NCBI GenBank assembly: GCA_003614675.1
Contig: ML002331.1
Coordinates: forward strand, 1 to 41,059
From: Dimargaris cristalligena
Lineage: Eukaryota
DNA: 41,059 nt
Direction: 5' to 3'
The translations under genes were made by a program, and so were the position numbers. How positions within the stretch are numbered: the stretch's first letter is position 1; every line of letters starts with the position of its first letter. Below, one piece after another: positions 33,565-41,059 of this stretch. The notes under the pieces were generated by a model. That model made no database searches, was not told the DNA's origin, and was given only the letters and a program-made list of their open reading frames with translations.

Positions 33565-34737
33565 TTAGAACTTGAGGGGCTTGGCCTGTTCCCAGGGGAA
33601 TTCTTCGCGGCCGAAGTGACCGTAGCAGGCAGTGCGCTTGTACATGGGCTTGAACAGGTTCAATTCCTTGACGATGACACCGGGGCGGAGATCGAAGTTG
33701 TTGTTGATGATCTTCAGGAGGTCGGCGTCGGAACGCTTACCAGTGCCATAGGTATCGACGAAGATGGACAGAGGATGGGCAACACCGATGGCGTAGGACA
33801 CCTGGACGAGAGCACGACGGGCCAGGCCGGCGTGGACCAGGGACTTGGCGATCCAGCGGGCGGCGTAGGCGGCAGAGCGGTCGACCTTGGACCAGTCCTT
33901 ACCCGAGAAGGCACCACCACCGTGGGCACCCCAACCGCCGTAGGTATCGACGATAATCTTACGACCAGTCACACCGGCATCACCCTGGGGACCACCAATG
34001 ATGAACTGGCCCGAGGGCTGCAGATGGTAGACGGTCCGGTCACTGAGGTAGTGGGCGGGCACGACAGCGTCAATGACCTTATCCTTGAGCTCACGACGGA
34101 TAACCTCGTTGGTGGCTTCAGGACCATGCTGGGTAGAGATAACGATGGTGTGGACGCGCTGGGGCACCATAGCGCCGTTTTCGTTGCGGTATTCGACAGT
34201 GACCTGGGTCTTGGAGTCGGGACGCAGCCAACTGAGCTCGCCGCTACGGCGGAGCTCGCTCATCTTAGCGTTGAGCTTGTGGGAGAGCACGGCAGTGAGA
34301 GGCATGAGCTCGGGGGTTTCGTCGGTGGCATAACCGAACATGATACCCTGGTCACCGGCGCCGGTATCCTCGAGGGCAACACCGTTCTGGGCCAGACCCT
34401 GGGCAATTTCGGGGGACTGCTGCTCAATGGCCACGAGCACGTTACAGGTCTTGTAGTCGAAACCCTTGGCAGAGTCGTCATAACCAATCTCCTTAATGGT
34501 TTCGCGGATAATGCGCTGGTAGTCCAAGGTGGCCTTGGTGGTGATCTCACCAAGAACCATGATCATACCGGTCTTGGTGGCGGTTTCGCAAGCCACCTTG
34601 GAAAGGGGATCCTGCTCCAGACAAGCGTCCAGGATAGCGTCGGAGACCTGGTCGCAGATCTTGTCGGGGTGGCCCTCACCCACGGATTCGGAGGTGAAGA
34701 GGAAGGTCTCGGACTGCTCAGGGATAGCGTGAGTCAT
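33565..34737 (-). CDS. SAM1: S-adenosylmethionine synthetase (methionine adenosyltransferase), 390 aa
   Basis: Signature motifs [39 protein letters not shown]; strong codon bias. Best start is gtcaccATG at 34737; an in-frame weak-context ATG lies at 34776. Confidence 0.98.
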   Translation of the reverse strand: MTHAIPEQSETFLFTSESVGEGHPDKICDQVSDAILDACLEQDPLSKVACETATKTGMIMVLGEITTKATLDYQRIIRETIKEIGYDDSAKGFDYKTCNVLVAIEQQSPEIAQGLAQNGVALEDTGAGDQGIMFGYATDETPELMPLTAVLSHKLNAKMSELRRSGELSWLRPDSKTQVTVEYRNENGAMVPQRVHTIVISTQHGPEATNEVIRRELKDKVIDAVVPAHYLSDRTVYHLQPSGQFIIGGPQGDAGVTGRKIIVDTYGGWGAHGGGAFSGKDWSKVDRSAAYAARWIAKSLVHAGLARRALVQVSYAIGVAHPLSIFVDTYGTGKRSDADLLKIINNNFDLRPGVIVKELNLFKPMYKRTACYGHFGREEFPWEQAKPLKF

Positions 34738-34745
34738 GGTGACTG

Positions 34746-36290
34746 CTGTAGGGGGGAGAGGGGAGCCAGAGGACATATAGGAGAAGGGGGGTGGTTTGTG
34801 GTTAAAGAGGGAAACCAGAAGGATGTGGGAAGAAAGGGGTAACGGTGGTAGTGCAACAAGGAAAGAACAGTAGAAAGGAGAGGGGGGAGGATGGTTGCAG
34901 CCTATATATACTGCCTTCTCTCTCTATAAGAATGCGGGTGACGTGTGGACCAAGCCAGGCAAACTAAAGTTACGGTTGGCAAGCGGATGGGACGACAATA
35001 ATTATTACAGGGGGAGGTGGTGTAGTTACCCCAGGTTACACGGGGATATGGGAAAATGGCCGAATGGCGTGGTTTGTAACCAGTACAGTGAGTACAATGA
35101 GACTTACAGTAAATAAATATATATGGGTGTGGCGGGGAGAGGGTGGTGAAGTGGGCAGCTGATAGGCTAATAGACAAGGAACAAGAGGAGGAAATGCAAG
35201 CACAGGCACGTGGATTCAACAGCAATGGAGTGTGGATGAGTGGTGTGGTTAGTGGGTGAGAATGAGAAGGTAAACTGGAGCCTAGGAAGGTGAGGAGGAA
35301 TCTACAAGTAAAGAGGGAGGCTTGGTGAGGATGAGGGGAGAGGTAGGGAAGGGAAACAGAGGGCTTAATATACCCTGTGCCCGGGCTATGCCAATGGGTC
35401 AGATAAGTCCAGGAGAGAGGGAGCCCTCCCCCATACACACACACACGTACACTAGAAGAAGTGGTGATGCTAATGAAATGATTATCCCGCGTCGTCTGAA
35501 GAAAAAAAACGGGGTTGAAAAAAAAGAAGGATTGGTGGGCCGATAATCAGACTTATGGAGGCGGATATGACTAATGGAATGGCGCAATTATCTAACTTAC
35601 CACAGCTAATAAATACGATTGGCACCGGTAATGATGGGAGCGGAGGTAGGATTGGTGACTTTCAGAAAAAGGCACGCGAATAACGGGGTAGTGTGGAAAA
35701 AAGGGAGGAGTATAATAGGGGCGGGATGGTTTGGACCAGGTGGAATTAATGTAGTGCAGGGAGCTATTAATTGGTTATTAGAGAATGATTTAAAAAGTGG
35801 ACGGATGCGTGGAGCAATCAATAATGATAACACAACTACTACTAATAAGAATAGTAATAAGAATACGAGTAAGGATGCTCTGCTCCAGTGGGGGGGGGTG
35901 ACGCGGTTATTGGAAATGCGGCTGTAGAATCAATAAACAGGGCTGTGAAAGTGGTACGAGGGATAGAGAGGCAGGCTGATCGGCTCTATACGCGATAGTA
36001 CCGAAACGAGAGCGGGAAAGCGAGGGGCAGGCGGATTAATGAGAGTCCAAAGGGAAAAGATACACGGAGAACAAAGAGAGATGGATGAGCGGTAGACGGC
36101 ACTGCGAGGGGTTTATAAAGGAAGCTGAGCAGTCAGTCTCTCGGGCCGAATGCATATAGCGATGGACGAGACGGGAGGCGGTAGTATCGGATAAATGCAA
36201 TAGACCGGGCCGGCTCCAGATATATGCGTGCGCATAGACGCGGTTTGCTTGATCTATCAGTTGGTTAGGAAATGGAATGGCGCGACTTAC
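34746..36290 (-). promoter_or_regulatory. Long 5' leader of SAM synthetase with three predicted UTR introns (36290-35922, 35600-35167, 35107-34746)
   Basis: Three GTAAGT donors (36290, 35600, 35107). Acceptors TTCTACAG (35922), CTATTAG (35167, preceded by CACTAAC and an AG-free pyrimidine tract) and CCTACAG/CAG (34746/34743). The predicted exons 35921-35601 and 35166-35108 lack ATG. Confidence 0.6.
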
Positions 36291-39057
36291 TTGTATGTAT
36301 AGTATAGTAGTAAGTAAGGTGTGGATGGACGACGATGATCCAAAAGGGTGGAGAATGGCGCCATTTCAGACCTATCACCAGCCACCGCTGAAAATGGCTC
36401 CATTTAGTTTGGTTGACTCTCTCCCTATATTCTAGTTACTTAGGCCAAGGCAATATTAGAGTGTATTGGATTGGATGGGCTGGCTGGGAGGAGGTCTATT
36501 AGCGGATGAGGCGGTTGGTAAAGAGTAAAGTAGTATTCAGTAGCTTCTCCTCTGCCATATATACACTAGCCCGTCCCTATTTTGGACGACTGCTAAATTA
36601 TGACTATCCCTATTACTCCCCGATTGGTGCAGAATGATTCCCCCAGATAACGGATGGGCTCTATACCCCGCTCCACGCCCATAACCTGCACAAGAAATGG
36701 GTGCTTATTATTCTGCCGACCCATCATCCCCGATTGGCTTGATGGTCCGGTCACAACTGGACCATCCCCTCTCCCTTAGAATACATGATTTAGGGATATT
36801 AAGTTGGTTAAATTAATACCACCTACTTTCCTTCTCCCAATGCATGGATGAGCCTGGCCTGGTGTGAAAAGGGGAAAGGGTAATTAATAATAATAGTATT
36901 ACCTATTACCACGGCGCAGATTCAATGGGGCCGCGGTCACGTCGGCCGATGATTGGGAGAGACGAACCCAATGTGCTTTTTCTCTTCTCATATCCCACTG
37001 CCCCTATACTACTTGTCCTCCGGGGTTGTCTTCCGCTATCCCCACCACCATCTGACATGGCATGTGAGAGGCGTAGGGTAGCGTCCCCATTGCGGTTGTG
37101 CGTCTCTCTCACACACCCTTTGGCGCTAGATAAATAAGGATTAATCTACGGGTAATAAACACTATACTATAGTAAAGTATAATAATAGACGTGTGAGTGG
37201 TGGGTACGAGCCGAAGGGTGAACCCCGTCGCTTGTGTGACTGTCCCCAATAGGTGGTTGACCCGAGTGGCTGGATGTTGTCTGGTTGACATGTCCGTCTT
37301 AAAGTACAGGGTTTCATGACTATATGGATGAAGGCAGATTGCTAATATAACCCCATTATGACACACCTGCGCCAACTCCTCTCTTAAGTCCCCTCCATCC
37401 TTCGGTTATTCTATCAGCATATACACAGCCTCACCCCCTTAAGGCCAGTCACACGCCCTTCCCCATATCTCTTCGGCAGTTGCCTTGGGGGTGTAAATCA
37501 ACATGGGTGTTTAGTAGGTGTAGGATAGTCCTTGGCTGTTGTTGATATTGGGTTGGCTGGGGAGCAATTGATGGAAATTGCGCCGCCCTAAAAAAACCCC
37601 CGTCAACAACAATAGATTACTGATTGATCAGTCAACGGGGTGGTTGCTGAGGTTGATTTTCCGAGATGCGGGATATAAGTTAGCGATGGTCATGAACCAA
37701 ATAATAGGCAATGGGAAGTCTCGCCTTTCTGTGGATAGGCACATGTTGATGCAGTGGCGATTCTTTCTGGCGGGCCTGGAGTCCCAAAGCAAACCTGCCC
37801 CACTGTGAACGACCCTTATCATCCCTGGCCTGGTGATGGTAGGTAATCCAGTGAAATTTCGGATAATGTGGTTAAATTCATCCGTCGGTCTGCCTGCTTT
37901 ACTCCAACAGTATTCACATGTGCATGGAGAGATACCCGTCATCTGGAAAGTAGTGACTGTTGTCTGGGGGGTTCACGGGATAAATTTATACCTCTAGTTC
38001 AGCCGAGCTGGGCCACATGGGCAAAGGTCGCCGTGACGGCATCTATCCTTTATTGGAGATGGGTATGAAGCCCATTCAGCCCGAAGGACTGGCATACCCC
38101 TCTACCAGGGACCATCAGCATAGGTGGGATGTGGGTGGAAGCGGCGGGTGAGAGGCCATCGCCACAGGATACCTGCTAATGCTTATGGTAATAATCATTC
38201 CGGGCCCCCACTTGATAGATCACTCCGCCACCAAGACCCATTTGCACGGGAGATTGGCTTTAATATGACTCCCCTCTCCCCCATCTTCCAGGCTTCTGTA
38301 CTGGCGATTAACTAAAGCCCATTTACTGCACGTAGGTCCACTGAAACTCCCTAAGAATAGCTTAAACGATTCAATCACAGACCAATTCAGAATACCTGCT
38401 TGTCCTAAGAATACCCTTTCTCACCCATTTGGATCTACTGGTTTAAAAGCCTTAGTGGATATAGCACATAATCGACAACTCCCCTCTCGAATTATAGACG
38501 GACCAGCAGGCAAACTCCATCCCGGAATATAATGAACGGACAGCACAGGTGTATATGGTATCTAATGAAGGTAGTTCTGATTACCATATGCCTCCCTCTT
38601 CCCCCTTCACATAACTCACTCACTCATCTTTTAATTTCGGCTACTTTTCCGGACAGGGAAGGGAAGAGAGCTACAGCGATTTTAGGGTGAAATATCCCAC
38701 AGGGCCATTTCATTTACTGATTCGTCCGAGCTGTGCCTCAGCCAAAAGACGGGAGGATAGAGTTTAGACAGCGCGTCTGTTCGGTATTCAGCTCCTTGCA
38801 TTATTCAAAGCCATGGAAGGGGGTAATACTGGTACGAGGTAGACCGATTTTACCCAGAGGCCTTATGCTTTCTAGTAGGCTATCCCCCACCCATTCCCCC
38901 TTTCCTTCCAGGGGAGGTGGTCTTCATTATTGGGATTCCCCGCTTACCTAACAGCCTAACCTGGCCCAAATTAGATGGACTAACCGTACTTCCTCTTCTC
39001 CCCATCTCTTTCACAACCGGATCACCGACGATCCCACCCCCCCACCTTTATTCCACC

Positions 39058-39848
39058 ATGTCAGCTAGTCAATCGGCCCACCTCCAGAAGCGGACCGCAC
39101 CCTCTCGGTCGCATATCGAAGAAGCCGGTCTTCCTGCCACCTCCACCTCCGCAGGTGTCGAGCCGGAACATCCCACGTACCCACAGGGAAGACTTCCTCC
39201 CATTGCTGATTCGGGACGTGCCCCCGGCGCACTGCTATTTACGACCCTATTACTATTGCTCGGGTACACTTATGTCCAGTGGCTCGATTTGGTCAACGTC
39301 TGGCGTTACGATGACCGGGTAACCCAGTAAGTAGTGTTTACATAGTGGTAGTGGCAATACTCTTAGACATGTACTAATATCCCCAATATAATGTATTGAA
39401 TAATTAAGGGAGGGGGTATATCTATGTGGTTATCGGTATTTCAATTCATCTCACCTTGGTGCCCCTAAGTAATTTTACACATTTATTAATTGGGTCCGAC
39501 TATATATATATATATTGCCACCTGCTATCATGTCCCTTCCTAAATCGCCCCTTGTCATACCAATCAATCCCGTTTAGTACCATACTCCAATTGAGTGCGC
39601 TGGCATTTCTGCCCTTCGCCGTGACTATGTTCTATTTCCGGATTTATGTCCAGGGTATCCGGGGTATTCGGGTCAACTGGAATCAGGGCGAGACGCTGTA
39701 CCCCACCGCCATTCGGGTAGCATCATTCAGTTTGGTACTGGGCTATCTGTTAATTATTATAGCCTTTTGGCCCGTGTGGGGATTCTTAACGGTGGGCCAT
39801 GTGTGTATACTATCCCTCGGACTTATCGGTGTCGTTCGTTTGTTCTGA
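39058..39848 (+). CDS. TMEM128-like four-TM membrane protein, ~179 aa; exons 39058-39326 and 39578-39848
   Basis: ccaccATG start. Donor CA|GTAAGT at 39327 and acceptor GTTTAG| at 39577 preserve frame. Motifs YDDRV, YPTAIRVAS and IAFWPVWGFLT resemble TMEM128 as I recall it. Confidence 0.75.
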
Positions 39849-40078
39849 TGGACCCATTCCGCATCCCAAAAGAAGGGTTACGGTTTTTAGTTGGTCTATA
39901 CATATGTATGTTAATAAACCTCAATTATCGGAATTCATAATCCGCGTGGCCCTGGTGAATGAAACCACCCTCTAATCAATAACCTAAACTCCTAACATAG
40001 TAGATAAAAACATAATTTTATAGTATGGCGTTGGGGATGATCGTATGGAAAAGAGGGCAGGATAATAATGGATAGTGT

Positions 40079-40937
40079 TTAAAAGCCTGGGGGAGTCATT
40101 GCTGAGCCTTGTTGGGGCTGGGGGGAACCGGGCAGGCCGTGGATGGGGGCACCGGGCGGGTAAAGACCGGGCTCGAGGGCCTACCATGGTGTCGGGATCA
40201 TATGCGGAATAGAGATAAAAGTATTTTTACAGAGGGGTGTTGTTAGTGGGAGGTTGGGAGAGTATGGAGGGATGGATTGGGGTATTGTAACCCGGAAAGT
40301 GATTTAAGGAAAAAGTTGATCAGGCTGAATCATCAAGCGTGGAGGTGAATGTGCTAGTATTGCTCAATATTTGTTGTATTTTCAAGGGTCTACTACCACA
40401 CCTCTTAATACACAGCAACGAATGGACACCACTGTACAAATGGAGATACTAATATCTATACATATCTAGATAGACAGATATAGTAGAGGTAGCTCTAAGC
40501 TCACCTTACTACAACCAACTTACCTGCTGGGGACCCGACTGAGTCAAGCGGGCTTCAGTATCGTACTGGGCCAAGGCCTGGTCCTTTTCCATTTCCAAAG
40601 CCAAGGGCACCAGGATCACCAACGCCGAAGTGGAAATGACCCAAGCGAGACCGCCCATCAGCCGGAAGCCGCTTTTACCGGTATTCACCAGCGTATCGGC
40701 GCAGTGGCTAATGAGGTTACGCTGCCGCAAAGGGATGATATCCTTCAGGGCGACGATCCGTTCCAGGAGGGACTCGTCCTCGTACTCCTGGTCATCCTCG
40801 TCGTCTTCTACGTCGTCACCCTCGTCGAATTCGGAATCGTCGTATTCGGAGCCGGAGACGTCGGTGTATTCGTCCTCGTTTTCGAGTTCGAAATCCTCGC
40901 CGACTTCGAGGGTATTCAGTTGTTCGATTTTGACCAT
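40079..40937 (-). CDS. TOM22: Mitochondrial outer-membrane import receptor Tom22, 171 aa; exons 40937-40524 and 40180-40079
   Basis: MVKIEQL, acidic tract, ESLLERIVALKDIIP, and TM WVISTSALVILVPLALEMEKDQ. Phase-0 intron CAG|GTAAGT...CACTAAC...GGTAG| gives the tail ALEPGLYPPG...TPPGF-stop. Confidence 0.95.
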
Positions 40938-41059
40938 GTTGAGGTGTGAAGAAGAAGAAAAAAAAAGTGGGTGGTAGTAGTAGAGAGAATTACTGTTGGG
41001 AATGGAGCACTGAAGCTAGAGAAGGTTTACAGTATAAGAGAACACAACTAAGGACAAGG

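Noticed and set aside
33457-34842. 461-aa ORF antisense to SAM synthetase
   Set aside because: In-register antisense shadow expected from strong codon bias (avoidance of TTA/CTA/TCA); no independent protein features.
34902-35444. 180-aa minus-strand ORF upstream of SAM synthetase
   Set aside because: Spans predicted UTR introns, low-complexity translation, no codon bias or motif.
36254-36290. Possible 37-nt mini-intron (GTAAGT...CCTAAC...GATAG) in the SAM leader
   Set aside because: Donor-to-branch distance is very short and the other introns here are 250-430 nt; not supportable without reads.
40315-40340. C/D-box-like TGATGA...CTGA in the TOM22 intron
   Set aside because: Boxes are only a few nt apart with no guide region or terminal stem.

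Overview
Eukaryotic, fungal-type genomic DNA with few introns, GTAAGT donors, and CTAAC/CTAAT-like branch points about 55-80 nt upstream of the AG. It is probably an early-diverging, non-Dikarya fungus; a Zoopagomycota lineage such as a Dimargaris-like mycoparasite is my guess, not something the sequence proves. Left to right: an AT-rich end carrying a 5S rRNA gene; a long stretch with no recognisable CDS; a Myb/SANT-like (trihelix) transcription factor with very long, AUG-poor leaders; a 62-aa CaaX-terminated ORF with its own TATA box; a PTM1/GPR107-family 7TM protein; a signal-peptide + F-box protein; a palindromically arranged cluster of four secreted Thr-rich proteins with an I9/subtilisin-propeptide-like C-terminal domain; SAM synthetase with a multi-intron 5' leader; a TMEM128-like gene; and TOM22. 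The most interesting observations are (1) the inner convergent pair of secreted genes, whose 5' halves form a ~97% identical inverted repeat flanking 3' domains that are only ~45% identical (an invertible, shufflon-like layout), (2) a candidate lipopeptide-pheromone-like CaaX precursor, and (3) a secreted F-box effector candidate.
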